In this document: piece by piece, positions 46,650 through 55,439 of the stretch | Layout: every line of letters begins with the position of its first letter | Position numbering within the stretch: position 1 is the stretch's first letter | Source: a virus | Taxonomy: Duplodnaviria; Heunggongvirae; Uroviricota; Caudoviricetes | Reading direction: 5' to 3' (one strand) | Length of the DNA: 64,000 nucleotides | IMG/VR virus record: IMGVR_UViG_3300033692_000022 | The notes under the pieces: generated by a model | Told to the model about the DNA's origin: nothing | Databases searched by the model: none | What the model saw: only the letters and a program-made list of their open reading frames with translations | Program-made: the position numbers and the translations under genes

Positions 46650-47897
46650 ATGGATAACGAGTTTACTCCAAGTTTAAAGAAACCCAATGTGAGATACAGA
46701 GGTAAAACCTCCAGTGAAGAATATAACCAGATGACAGAAGATCTATACTACGATCTGAGCAACATCTTCACTGAGACAAACAAAAACTCAAAGTATGCAA
46801 CCGAGCTAGTAGAACAACTTACACTAGAAAACAATATCTTAAGTAACCAGATAGATGAACTGGAAAGCAAGCTCGAAAACGTAAAGAATCTATTAGTAGA
46901 AATTCAAAAGCGGAATAACCAGTTTAATAAATCGGTATTTGTTGGTGATTTCATAGAGGATCAGGAGCAAAATAACATCAACAAAGCCTTTATAGATAAA
47001 GAACACAGGGTAACTACTCTCCCCATAAGCGGGAAAGGAATAAGTAAGACACATATTTATGATTCATTTAAGGAGGAGGTGTTTATACCAGATGAGCTAA
47101 AGATATATTTCGACAAAGAGATCAACAGCTATCCAGACGCTGAAGAGAACGACCCTAAGAACGCATTTGATGGCCAGGACGAATCAGTGTGGATTAGACA
47201 GATAAGGTATCCAGAAGACGAGCCAAGATCAGAAGAAGAACTGACAATGTATGTCAAACTTCCTGAGAACATCATCAATAATAGACTAATGAATACTATA
47301 GTCGTCCATCCATTTCCTATTAATGGCTTAGATATCTTAAGTATAGAGTACTCAAAAGATGTAACCAATGATATGTCAAAGGCTAACTGGCAGATGATAC
47401 CAGGCTGGCCAAGAGACGAAAAACAGGACCTTACTACAGTTAATGATTCTGGCCCGGTCAAGTTCTGCTTTGAAGATATTAAAGCAAGCTGGATCAAGGT
47501 TAAATTAAGGCAGAAAAACAGTATAGTTAAGGGTAACATGAAGATATTTAACATAGGCTTAAAGCAGTTTGATATCAAATACAACAACTATACTTCAGAA
47601 AAGGCTTCATTTATAGTACCTGTAGACCTAACTGCACCAGAATCAGTACTTTATACAGTAAAAGACATACAAGCTGTAATAGATAATCAAAGCACTATTT
47701 CTAAAGATTATAGGCCTCTAACCTATGAGATATACGGAGTCAACCAGTTCGGAGAATTAGAATACATTGGGGATAACTTACCAATCAAAAACATTAAGTT
47801 TGAGAGGATTCAGATTAAAGCCACGATACATGCAGATAAAAACAAGGAATCAACTCCTGCGGTATCAGCCTTTAAGGTATTTTATGAGTCCATTTAA
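46650..47897 (+). CDS. Virion-associated protein, paralog family member 4 (discoidin-like domain)
   Basis: SEEYNQMTEDLYYDLSNIFTETNKN shared block. NAFDGQDESVWIRQI...VKFCFEDIKASWIKVKL is a galactose-binding-like / FA58C pattern. Confidence 0.4.
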   Translation: MDNEFTPSLKKPNVRYRGKTSSEEYNQMTEDLYYDLSNIFTETNKNSKYATELVEQLTLENNILSNQIDELESKLENVKNLLVEIQKRNNQFNKSVFVGDFIEDQEQNNINKAFIDKEHRVTTLPISGKGISKTHIYDSFKEEVFIPDELKIYFDKEINSYPDAEENDPKNAFDGQDESVWIRQIRYPEDEPRSEEELTMYVKLPENIINNRLMNTIVVHPFPINGLDILSIEYSKDVTNDMSKANWQMIPGWPRDEKQDLTTVNDSGPVKFCFEDIKASWIKVKLRQKNSIVKGNMKIFNIGLKQFDIKYNNYTSEKASFIVPVDLTAPESVLYTVKDIQAVIDNQSTISKDYRPLTYEIYGVNQFGELEYIGDNLPIKNIKFERIQIKATIHADKNKESTPAVSAFKVFYESI

Positions 47898-47924
47898 AAT
47901 CTAACAGTAAAGGAGGAACTAAAT

Positions 47925-48440
47925 GTGGCGATCCCCCAGCGCATCATGCAGGCAGTCTTTGAATTTCTATATGGAAGTATAAATCATACCCTGTCTGCAT
48001 TCTTCCTATTTTCTGTAATAGCAATCATAGTCGCGTATTTCGCAGGAAAGGCAGAAGAGGTCAAGGAACAGTTAAAATTCATAGGGGTATACAACATACT
48101 TATTATAATAGCACACCATATAGATTTAATAATGATAAATAATCTAGCACCAGCTGAAGACACCACACGGATATTAGTTATCATACTGATGTCTGGAAGA
48201 GTATTAAACGAGATCTTTGCTTACCTTAAAGCGGGTGGTATATCAGTTCCCAAAATACTAACACTAAGTGTTGAAAAAATGGAAGAAGTAGACAATCCAA
48301 AAGAAAAAGAGAAAGAATGGGACGAAGAAAAAATTAGCAGACAGATTGAGTATGTCAGCGAGAAGATAAGGAACTTCGAGGAGCTGGAAAAAGAGATATA
48401 CGATAAACTCGATCTGAAGGGAGGCGACGATAAAGAATGA
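47925..48440 (+). CDS. Membrane protein, holin candidate (GTG start)
   Basis: Two or three predicted TM helices (LSAFFLFSVIAIIVAYFAG; IGVYNILIIIAHHIDLIMI) with a charged C-terminal tail. It lies immediately upstream of the endolysin. Confidence 0.3.
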   Translation: MAIPQRIMQAVFEFLYGSINHTLSAFFLFSVIAIIVAYFAGKAEEVKEQLKFIGVYNILIIIAHHIDLIMINNLAPAEDTTRILVIILMSGRVLNEIFAYLKAGGISVPKILTLSVEKMEEVDNPKEKEKEWDEEKISRQIEYVSEKIRNFEELEKEIYDKLDLKGGDDKE

Positions 48441-49162
48441 CATTTGTAAGAATAGCAACTACAATCTTCCTTGAGCTATGTGTCGGATTATTTATCGGTT
48501 TACTAATTAAAGACGGCAAGCAAGAGGAAACAATTCAAGAGATTAAGATTTCAACACTTTTATTTATAGTAGTAATAATTACATGGTATTTTGGGTCTAA
48601 GATACACATTATAGAAACAGTTTATGAGGTAAGCTATCTTTGGGTAGCACTTGTTTTCGGAGTATTTGTGGGGGATTACTTAAAGGGCAGATTCTTCGAG
48701 AAAATAGTGTTTGTTCTAAAGAAAAAAGACGTACAGCTTGCTATCACCGAGTTTGAGATAGTGGCTAATCAGGTTGCAATAATGGATAACCTAAGCAGTC
48801 AGGAGAAGATGTATGCAAAACTCGATGAGATTAACGAATTAATTATAGGATTAGAGGCCTATAAAAAGTATCAGACAGAACAATGGATGGAACATTTAAA
48901 AGAGATAACTCTATTATGCCATGAATATGCTGCTTTAAGTAAATCAATAGGAGAGAAGGAAAGCGACAGAGAACTGAGAGATAAGCTAATGGAAACCGGC
49001 GAGGATCTTTCAGAGATAGTCTATCATACACTAAACCATACTGAAAGAGAGCTTAACACAATAGGACTAATAATAAATAGAGGTGGTCATAATGCGAAAA
49101 GAAGAAGGAAAAAGCCTAAAAGAAAACCTAAACCTGAAAGGAGCTCAAAAGATGAACAATAA
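48437..49162 (+). CDS. Membrane protein with a basic C-terminal tail (lysis-associated candidate)
   Basis: N-terminal TM helices (TIFLELCVGLFIGLLI; LLFIVVIITWYFG; VALVFGVFVGDYL). The C-terminus is RGGHNAKRRRKKPKRKPKPERSS. Overlaps neighbours by 4 nt. Confidence 0.3.
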   Translation: MTFVRIATTIFLELCVGLFIGLLIKDGKQEETIQEIKISTLLFIVVIITWYFGSKIHIIETVYEVSYLWVALVFGVFVGDYLKGRFFEKIVFVLKKKDVQLAITEFEIVANQVAIMDNLSSQEKMYAKLDEINELIIGLEAYKKYQTEQWMEHLKEITLLCHEYAALSKSIGEKESDRELRDKLMETGEDLSEIVYHTLNHTERELNTIGLIINRGGHNAKRRRKKPKRKPKPERSSKDEQ

Positions 49163-49712
49163 GATATTAGAAGGTAAGAAGTTTATAGTGGATGCCGGTC
49201 ACGGCGGAAAAGATCCTGGAGCTGTTGGAGTCAACGGTCTAACCGAATCAGAAACAACTCTTAAAATGGCTTATCTAATAGGATTTAAACTAAAAGAGAT
49301 GGGCGCAGAGGTCGTATTAACCAGACCTACTGAAGAGTTTGTAACATTAAAAGGCAGAGTAATAACTGCTAAAGAGCACAGAGATGCTGATGCCTTCATC
49401 TCGATCCACTGCAATGCCGTAGGCAATAGAGAAGTAGAAGGAATAGAAACTTACTACTACAGAAACAGTACAATAAGCCCAGAGCTTGCAGAAAAGATAC
49501 AGAAATCAATGATGGCAGAGTTTGATGAACACAACGATAGAGGAACAAAAGGAGCAGGCTATTACGTAACAAAGTACACACCAATGGCTGCCGCTTTAGT
49601 CGAAATGGAGTTCATCTCTAACCCAGACATAGAGGAGCAATTAAAAAACCCTACTATTATATATAGGTACGTAAACAGTATCGTAAACGGTATTGTCGAT
49701 TACGTCAACTAG
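49152..49712 (+). CDS. N-acetylmuramoyl-L-alanine amidase (Amidase_3 family) endolysin. The track start 49083 is probably upstream of the true start.
   Basis: FIVDAGHGGKDPGAVG...ADAFISIHCNA...GAGYYV are Amidase_3 (CwlD-like) zinc-ligand motifs. The ribosome-binding site AAGGAGCTCAAAAGATG favours ATG 49152. Confidence 0.7.
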   Translation: MNNKILEGKKFIVDAGHGGKDPGAVGVNGLTESETTLKMAYLIGFKLKEMGAEVVLTRPTEEFVTLKGRVITAKEHRDADAFISIHCNAVGNREVEGIETYYYRNSTISPELAEKIQKSMMAEFDEHNDRGTKGAGYYVTKYTPMAAALVEMEFISNPDIEEQLKNPTIIYRYVNSIVNGIVDYVN

Positions 49713-49723
49713 GAGGTGAAAAG

Positions 49724-50032
49724 ATGTTGGAATTCTTAGGTTTTCTCGGATTACCAGAGATAGGCATTATAGGCTTTATACTCGGGGCAGCTGCTGGGAG
49801 GTACTTTAAGACAGAAGATACAGATACTCTCGTAGAAACTGTATTTAAACTGGCTGAGATTGCTGTCCGTAGCACTGAACAGCAACGAGGTGATGAACCC
49901 GGTGTTACCAAGAAAGAAGTTGCAAAGATGAAACTTAAAACTGAAATGCAGGAAATGGGCTTAAATATAGCTTCTGGCGTGATAGAAGAGGCTATTGAAG
50001 GTGCAGTACAGAAGATGAACTCAGACAAATAA
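49724..50032 (+). CDS. Small single-TM membrane protein (holin- or spanin-like candidate)
   Basis: N-terminal TM (FLGFLGLPEIGIIGFILGAAAG) with a charged helical tail. Ribosome-binding site AGGAGGTGAAAAGATG. Confidence 0.3.
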   Translation: MLEFLGFLGLPEIGIIGFILGAAAGRYFKTEDTDTLVETVFKLAEIAVRSTEQQRGDEPGVTKKEVAKMKLKTEMQEMGLNIASGVIEEAIEGAVQKMNSDK

Positions 50033-50042
50033 TTTTTATTAG

Positions 50043-50098
50043 TCCCCTATTTAACGGCGACCACAAATGGTCATAACCCCGCTAGATAGGGGATTTCT
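50043..50098 (+). terminator. Structured terminator-like element: 8-bp stem TCCCCTAT/ATAGGGGA enclosing an inner GACC-acaaat-GGTC hairpin
   Basis: Inverted repeat directly after the stop of the last late gene, followed by TTTCTAT. It separates the structural and lysis unit from the early promoter. Confidence 0.35.
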
Positions 50099-50162
50099 AT
50101 ACTCTGTTTGTAGTCTCAACTAATTTTATTCTTGCATTTCGCAGTTTTAGCACATTTTTATA

Positions 50163-50191
50163 TTGACAGTGTTTCATCTCTATGGTATAAT
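50163..50191 (+). promoter_or_regulatory. Consensus sigma-70-type promoter (TTGACA–17 nt–TATAAT) for the replication and recombination module
   Basis: ttgacaGTGTTTCATCTCTATGGtataat, with a perfect −35 and −10 and a 17-nt spacer, 65 nt upstream of the Rad52-like gene ribosome-binding site. Confidence 0.6.
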
Positions 50192-50255
50192 TAATTTGCA
50201 GTCGAAAGAAGTCGGCGTTACGCAGTTTATTAGTCAAAACTAAAAGGAGGTAGCG

Positions 50256-51080
50256 TTGATGAATATTAAAGAAGTTATGATGGCAGAACAGCCAGAAAAC
50301 GCAAAAGAGGTTATTGAGAGGAAATTGGACCCGAATTGGATTAAGCAAAGAAAGGGTAGAGGCGGAATTATGCTCGACTACCTAGAGGGGCACAGAGTAA
50401 TTGCTATTTTAAATGAGGCCTTTGATTACAAGTGGAGTTTCCAAGTTTTAAAAAAAGAAACAATCTCCCCGGGCAAAGGTAAAGAATTTGTAGAAGTCAT
50501 GGGTAGACTTACAATTCCAGGTGTCGGTGTTAAAGAGGCATACGGAACAAAAGAGCTTTACGGTGATCAGTCACAAGCGGCTAAAGCAGCAGCAACTGAC
50601 GCACTGAAAAAAGCAGCCAGTATGGCAGGAATTGGACTAGAACTTTGGAACGATGATGACGATTATAACTCCAACAATAGTTATGGTGGTAATAACAGTT
50701 ATGGAAATAATAACAGCTATAATAACAATAACTACAATAATAATAATGGTGGCAGTACTAATACTGGTACTAATACCAATACTGGTACTAATACTGGTAC
50801 CAAAAATGGTGGTAATAATGGTGGTAATAGTCAGCAGTCTAGTCAGGCCAACAACTCTAGAGGCGGAAAAACATGGGCGCAACCAGAAATAGTACAGGCG
50901 GCCAACAACCTAAAGACTAATAAACAGGCTTTAGGAGTCAAAAAGAACGAAGAGTTAAATGAGTACGTTAAGGAATGGTCTAATAACGACCTGAACTCAT
51001 GGCAGGATATTACTCCAGATAACATTCAAGATTTCAACAGCTGGCTACAGAACAATAAAATAGCAAAGCTATCAGCATAA
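50256..51080 (+). CDS. Rad52-family single-strand annealing protein with a low-complexity N/G/T/S-rich C-terminal tail
   Basis: GHRVIAILNEAFDYKWSFQV...VMGRLTIPGVGVKEAYG...AAKAAATDALKKAASMAGIGLELW matches the Rad52/Rad22/Sak N-terminal annealing domain. The tail is NNSYGGNNSYGNNNSYNN...TNTGTNTNTGTNTGT. Confidence 0.6.
   Translation: MMNIKEVMMAEQPENAKEVIERKLDPNWIKQRKGRGGIMLDYLEGHRVIAILNEAFDYKWSFQVLKKETISPGKGKEFVEVMGRLTIPGVGVKEAYGTKELYGDQSQAAKAAATDALKKAASMAGIGLELWNDDDDYNSNNSYGGNNSYGNNNSYNNNNYNNNNGGSTNTGTNTNTGTNTGTKNGGNNGGNSQQSSQANNSRGGKTWAQPEIVQAANNLKTNKQALGVKKNEELNEYVKEWSNNDLNSWQDITPDNIQDFNSWLQNNKIAKLSA
50690..50860 (+). repeat. Short tandem codon repeats (AAT-AAC-AGT-TAT-GGT; ACT-AAT-ACT-GGT) encoding the low-complexity tail of the Rad52-like protein
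   Basis: aatagttatggtggtaataacagttatggaaataataacagctat... and actaatactggtactaataccaatactggtactaatactggtacc. Confidence 0.6.
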
Positions 51081-51162
51081 AAAGTTCACTGAAGTCCCTG
51101 TCGGTATAAAACCCGATGGGGACTAAACTCTTGAAAAGCACAAAAAGAATGGAGGTAATCCT

Positions 51163-51840
51163 ATGGGTTCAAGAATAGATTTAATGGTTTATTATGTAAA
51201 GAAGATGTATACAAAAAAGCCCAACGATGTTCAGAGGAATCAAATAATTACTACTATTACTAATGCACTAGACAATGGGTATTCAGAAAGAGATATAAAG
51301 CTGATAATAGATAAGCACGGAAGAAATTACGGTAGAGAAACTGATATAACAAAAGTAATCCAGATGGAAGGTAAGAAACCTACCGATGATGTAAACTTAC
51401 TCAAGCAGGATAAGTTCTATTATCACTCCGAGCTTAGAATAGTCCCTGGTCCTCCAGTAACAAAGTATAATCCAGAGACTAAAGACTTCACAAGAAAGCA
51501 GGAGGATTATTACTTAGAGCTTAAAGCAAGTTTCACTATGAGTGAATTAATAGATTACTACTGTGACACTATGAAAATAAAAAAGAATGACGCTAATATA
51601 AAAAGGTTTGAGGCAGTATTTAAGAGTCTCTTGGGTTCTTACAAGCTGGATCTTATACTATTTACGATAGATGCAGCTGCTGATATAAGAACAGAAAACC
51701 ACTTAAATCCCCTAATAAATCCGTTTAATCTTACAGACTATATGAATGTTGGAGAACAAAACTTTAATTTAAAAGTTAGCTTAAGTAAGCAGGAAGGTGT
51801 TGATCAAATTGTCTACAAAAAAAGAGAAGCTCTTTTCTAA
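51163..51840 (+). CDS. Hypothetical replication-associated protein
   Basis: 225-aa ORF between the annealing protein and primase genes. No recognisable motif. Confidence 0.3.
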   Translation: MGSRIDLMVYYVKKMYTKKPNDVQRNQIITTITNALDNGYSERDIKLIIDKHGRNYGRETDITKVIQMEGKKPTDDVNLLKQDKFYYHSELRIVPGPPVTKYNPETKDFTRKQEDYYLELKASFTMSELIDYYCDTMKIKKNDANIKRFEAVFKSLLGSYKLDLILFTIDAAADIRTENHLNPLINPFNLTDYMNVGEQNFNLKVSLSKQEGVDQIVYKKREALF

Positions 51841-52855
51841 AATAGAATTTGGTTGCCACTTACCTAATGGATACTTTAAAAGGGGAATGTTTATTGACGA
51901 AGGTGATTTACTTGAAAAGAGAAAAGAATTTTCAAACACTGGAATCTATAAAACAATATATTCTTACCAGAGTAAAGAGGTTGAGGGTAATCCAATCTAC
52001 GGTCCCTTTTATTTAGATTTTGATGCTGAGATGTGGGATGTTGACCCCAAAACAGCAGCCAAAAACTTAAAGAAAGTACAGGAAGATTTTAAGCAGGCGA
52101 TAACTTTCTTTGAGGTAATCTACAATATACCAAGAGAATATGCAAGAACATATTACTCAGGCAAAAAGGGCCTACATCTTATCTATCCGCCAGAGCTTTT
52201 TGCGATAGAACCCAGAGAAGACCTAAACAGAATCTTTAAATTAATCAAAGATGATGTCTGTAAGTATACAAAGAATGATACAGTAGACCAGAGAATTTAT
52301 GATAATAAGAGATTATTTCGAGTCACAAACTCGAGACACCAGGATACAGGATTATATAAGGTGCCGGCAGAGCCAGAGTTCTTACTTAATGCAACAGTTA
52401 AGGAATTACATGAGTATGCTAAAACACCAAAGGTAGTCGAATTTAAAGAGCCAAGAACGATAAGGAAAACCGCAAAGCATTATCGATCAGTAGTTGATAA
52501 ATTCGAATACAAAAAGAAGGAGCGGCAAAAGAGGTTGGAAAGATACAAGGACAAACCTCTAAAACACACTCCACCCTGTATAGACCACTTATTAAAAGAA
52601 GGGGCCAGAAAAGGATACAGAAATAACTCAATGGCCGCACTCACAAGTTTCTTAAAACAAAAAGGCTTAACAGAAGATGAGGTATTCATGAAGATTAAAA
52701 AATGGGGTAAAGAACAGTGCGTCCCACCAATACCTACCAATGAGATAAGGGCAACGGTGCCTTCTGTATATAGCAGTAATAAAAACTATGGATGTGCAGC
52801 ACTAAAAGAGTTATCAGAATGCGATATAGATAATTGCAAACTGGTTAAGAATTAA
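51797..52855 (+). CDS. Archaeo-eukaryotic-type primase (AEP / PrimPol-like) domain protein
   Basis: YLDFDAE (DxD metal site), SGKKGLHLIY (motif II) and LFRVTNSRHQDTGLYK (motif III-like) occur in the expected order and spacing. Confidence 0.5.
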   Translation: MLIKLSTKKEKLFSKIEFGCHLPNGYFKRGMFIDEGDLLEKRKEFSNTGIYKTIYSYQSKEVEGNPIYGPFYLDFDAEMWDVDPKTAAKNLKKVQEDFKQAITFFEVIYNIPREYARTYYSGKKGLHLIYPPELFAIEPREDLNRIFKLIKDDVCKYTKNDTVDQRIYDNKRLFRVTNSRHQDTGLYKVPAEPEFLLNATVKELHEYAKTPKVVEFKEPRTIRKTAKHYRSVVDKFEYKKKERQKRLERYKDKPLKHTPPCIDHLLKEGARKGYRNNSMAALTSFLKQKGLTEDEVFMKIKKWGKEQCVPPIPTNEIRATVPSVYSSNKNYGCAALKELSECDIDNCKLVKN

Positions 52856-53762
52856 AGGGGTCTTTTTCATTAACTTCCTTTTCTAAGACAGAATCAACAA
52901 CATGAGTATATATCTCAGTAGTGCCAAGATTAGAGTGGCCAAGTAACTGCTGAAGATGTCTAATATCCATCCCGGCTGAATGATAGAGCGTAGCGAATGT
53001 ATGTCGCAATGTGTGGCTAGAAACTTTCTTATTTAAGTCTAAATTTTTAACTAACTTTTTAACTATCCAGTGGATAGTATGTCGGGATATACGATTCTTT
53101 TTCTTAGAAACGAAGAGAGCATCAAGTTTAGTTCTAGGACGCTTATCGAGATAATCTGTTAACAGCGAATATGAGACACTATTTAGATAAGCATAGCGTT
53201 CCTTATTACCCTTACCCAAGAGTTTTATTCGTTTCTCTTTTAAGTTCAAATCCTGAATATCAATTCCAGTAACTTCGCTTACACGAAGTCCGGCCATTGC
53301 CATCAGAGCAAGCATAGCCTTGTTTCTCGCATAAAATTCTGTAAAGGTATTATCTACGCCGTCCAAAATTAGCTTAACTTGATCAGAACCCAAGTAAAGA
53401 GGTAACTTTTTGCTTCTAGGGGCATCGTAGTCAATCTTTTCCATAGGATTAAAATTTATCATGCCCTTATTGGCAACGAAGTTAAAGAAGGAATTGAGAG
53501 AAGAAACCTTCCTCGATACTGTTGTGGCGGCGTTCTCTCTGTCATCACTACAGTAATGAAGAAAGGATCTGACATGTTCTGGTGTAATTTCATCGAAAGT
53601 TTTAGGACCCGAATCGAGCTTTAATTCAAAGAAAAAAAGCAAAACTTCGATATCTCGAAGGTATTCTTCGATAGTTGTAAGGGATTTGTTCTTTTCGATT
53701 CTAAGATGATTACGCCAGGAGTTGAGTATTTCTTTTTCATTTTTCACAGTAGATTCCTCCAA
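52845..53762 (-). CDS. Tyrosine site-specific recombinase (phage integrase / XerC-D family)
   Basis: MAGLRVSEVTGIDIQDL...SHTLRHTFATLYHSAGMDIRHLQQLLGHSNLGTTEIYTHV gives the R..H..R..Y catalytic tetrad and LGH motif. It is the only sizeable minus-strand gene. Confidence 0.8.
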   Translation of the reverse strand: MEESTVKNEKEILNSWRNHLRIEKNKSLTTIEEYLRDIEVLLFFFELKLDSGPKTFDEITPEHVRSFLHYCSDDRENAATTVSRKVSSLNSFFNFVANKGMINFNPMEKIDYDAPRSKKLPLYLGSDQVKLILDGVDNTFTEFYARNKAMLALMAMAGLRVSEVTGIDIQDLNLKEKRIKLLGKGNKERYAYLNSVSYSLLTDYLDKRPRTKLDALFVSKKKNRISRHTIHWIVKKLVKNLDLNKKVSSHTLRHTFATLYHSAGMDIRHLQQLLGHSNLGTTEIYTHVVDSVLEKEVNEKDPFNS

Positions 53763-53910
53763 TTCAACAAAATGTGTATTTTGTTTAGTTAGACCTTATA
53801 TTATATATTATTGTACATTTATCATGAAAATCCTTTATTTATATAGATAATCCCATTCTGCCAAGTTACCTTTGGATTTTGGGACAGAAGAAAAAATTAG
53901 GAGGCAGACT

Positions 53911-55047
53911 ATGAGCGCAAATCCTCAGACTGAATATCATCCACTGGCTGAAGATGATATCGACGAAATAAATAATAATAGCGATTCTGACGCAATGGCG
54001 CCACCACCAATGGTGGAAAACTATGATGACCCAAACGCGGGTAGTAACTTACCGCCTATTCAATCAATGACTCAGGATCAGTTAGACAGCATGCCAGAGT
54101 ATATGAGGAATACGGCAATGCTGATAGAAGAATTTGATAGATATTGTAAAGAAAATCCCGACGGCGGGTATATGACAGGTATGGAGCAGTTAGACGACGC
54201 GATAATCGGATTCCAGCCGGGACTTCACTTTGTTGCTGGAATGAGTAATGCAGGTAAATCCTCCTTTCTTTTAAATCTAGCGTGGAAAGTAGCACATAAT
54301 AACGATGACGCCTATGCTCTTTACATCACTCTTGATGATGGTACTAATGACCTTCTACCCCGTATAGTCGCTATGGAGCAGCAGGTTCCAATTAATACTG
54401 CTCGTTATCCTGGTCGTTATACAGATTTTGATGACTTAATAGAAACTCGTGAGGAAGGTATTAGAATACTCTACGACAATGTAGATAAATTTGGAATAAT
54501 GAATAAAGATTACGGCTGGCCGGCAGAAAATTTAGAAGAACTCGTAAAAGAGTACAGAATGCAGTTAGCCGCAAGTGGATCAGACAGAGACCTTTGTATC
54601 TTTATTGATAACTTTCACGACCTCTCCTCTGAAAAAGTCTCAATCGGTACCGACCAGAATGCTAGATTTGAGCAGGCAGGTGGAGCACTAAAGAATATTT
54701 CAGAAACATACGACGTACCAATAATCGCAACAGCAGAATACAAAAAGCTCGAAGGTAAATCAAGGCCCGTTATCTCTGATATTAAGCAGACTGGTAAAAC
54801 AATCTATCAGGCTAAAACAGTTATGCTCTGCTATAACGAAGTTGGAGTTAAAGACGAAATGGCCAAAGTATATTTTGCCCGAGAAGAAAGAGACAGAAAA
54901 AGCCCAATATTTGAAGTACACATCGCAAAAAATAAGAGTTCAGACATGAAGTCTCGTCTCTTCTACGAATTCTATGAGGAAATGGCAAGGTTCGAAGAAG
55001 TACCAAAGACTCAATCTGGACACTATCTCAATATGCTAGGAGGTTAA
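53911..55047 (+). CDS. DnaB-like / RecA-fold replicative helicase. The track start 53872 is probably spurious; a ribosome-binding site supports ATG 53911.
   Basis: Walker A GMSNAGKSSFLLNLAWKVA, followed by YITLDD and FIDNFHDL (Walker B-like), and a C-terminal TGKTIYQAKTVMLCY typical of DnaB C-terminal domain helicases. AGGAGGCAGACTATG. Confidence 0.55.
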   Translation: MSANPQTEYHPLAEDDIDEINNNSDSDAMAPPPMVENYDDPNAGSNLPPIQSMTQDQLDSMPEYMRNTAMLIEEFDRYCKENPDGGYMTGMEQLDDAIIGFQPGLHFVAGMSNAGKSSFLLNLAWKVAHNNDDAYALYITLDDGTNDLLPRIVAMEQQVPINTARYPGRYTDFDDLIETREEGIRILYDNVDKFGIMNKDYGWPAENLEELVKEYRMQLAASGSDRDLCIFIDNFHDLSSEKVSIGTDQNARFEQAGGALKNISETYDVPIIATAEYKKLEGKSRPVISDIKQTGKTIYQAKTVMLCYNEVGVKDEMAKVYFAREERDRKSPIFEVHIAKNKSSDMKSRLFYEFYEEMARFEEVPKTQSGHYLNMLGG

Positions 55048-55049
55048 TT

Positions 55050-55439
55050 ATGAACGATCAAGTTATTATAGGCAGTATGCTTCACTCTAAAATGGAGCAG
55101 CTGCTGATACCATATAAGACAGTTAAAATGATATCCGATAAAGTAACACTACCCAAACAGGTGGTTAAGGATAAGGAAAATGAATATATTAAAAAGAATA
55201 TGAAAAAGTGGAATATGTTTTCTAAAGAAGAAAAATCATATATGAGAGAAACCTGGTATGAAGAAGCTGCCGTATTAGATTACCTAAGAGAAAAAGGAGT
55301 CATTGATAAAACACCTCCCGGTGATGTTGAGATGCTCTGGCAGGAAGATCAGGACGGTAACATAATCAGCTGTGACATTAGACTCTATTATAACAGCACC
55401 GGGCAGTTAGGAGGCACCAGACAAAATGTTCAAAAGTAA
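55050..55439 (+). CDS. Hypothetical protein
   Basis: 129-aa ORF with ribosome-binding site GGAGGTTAATTATG. Confidence 0.3.
   Translation: MNDQVIIGSMLHSKMEQLLIPYKTVKMISDKVTLPKQVVKDKENEYIKKNMKKWNMFSKEEKSYMRETWYEEAAVLDYLREKGVIDKTPPGDVEMLWQEDQDGNIISCDIRLYYNSTGQLGGTRQNVQK

Noticed and set aside
47923-47927. ATG at 47923 as the start of the holin-like gene
   Set aside because: It is out of frame with the long ORF. The GTG at 47925 with the upstream AAAGGAGGAACTAAATG context gives the TM-rich protein.
50653-50892. Overlapping + and − strand ORFs made of I/T/V repeats (50637..50882 −, 50653..50892 +)
   Set aside because: They are alternative-frame readings of the tandem-repeat region that encodes the low-complexity tail of the Rad52-like protein.
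51797-51840. 44-nt overlap between the 51163 ORF and the primase ORF as a frameshift site
   Set aside because: The primase has its own start codons, and there is no domain continuity across the overlap, unlike the tail-gene cases.
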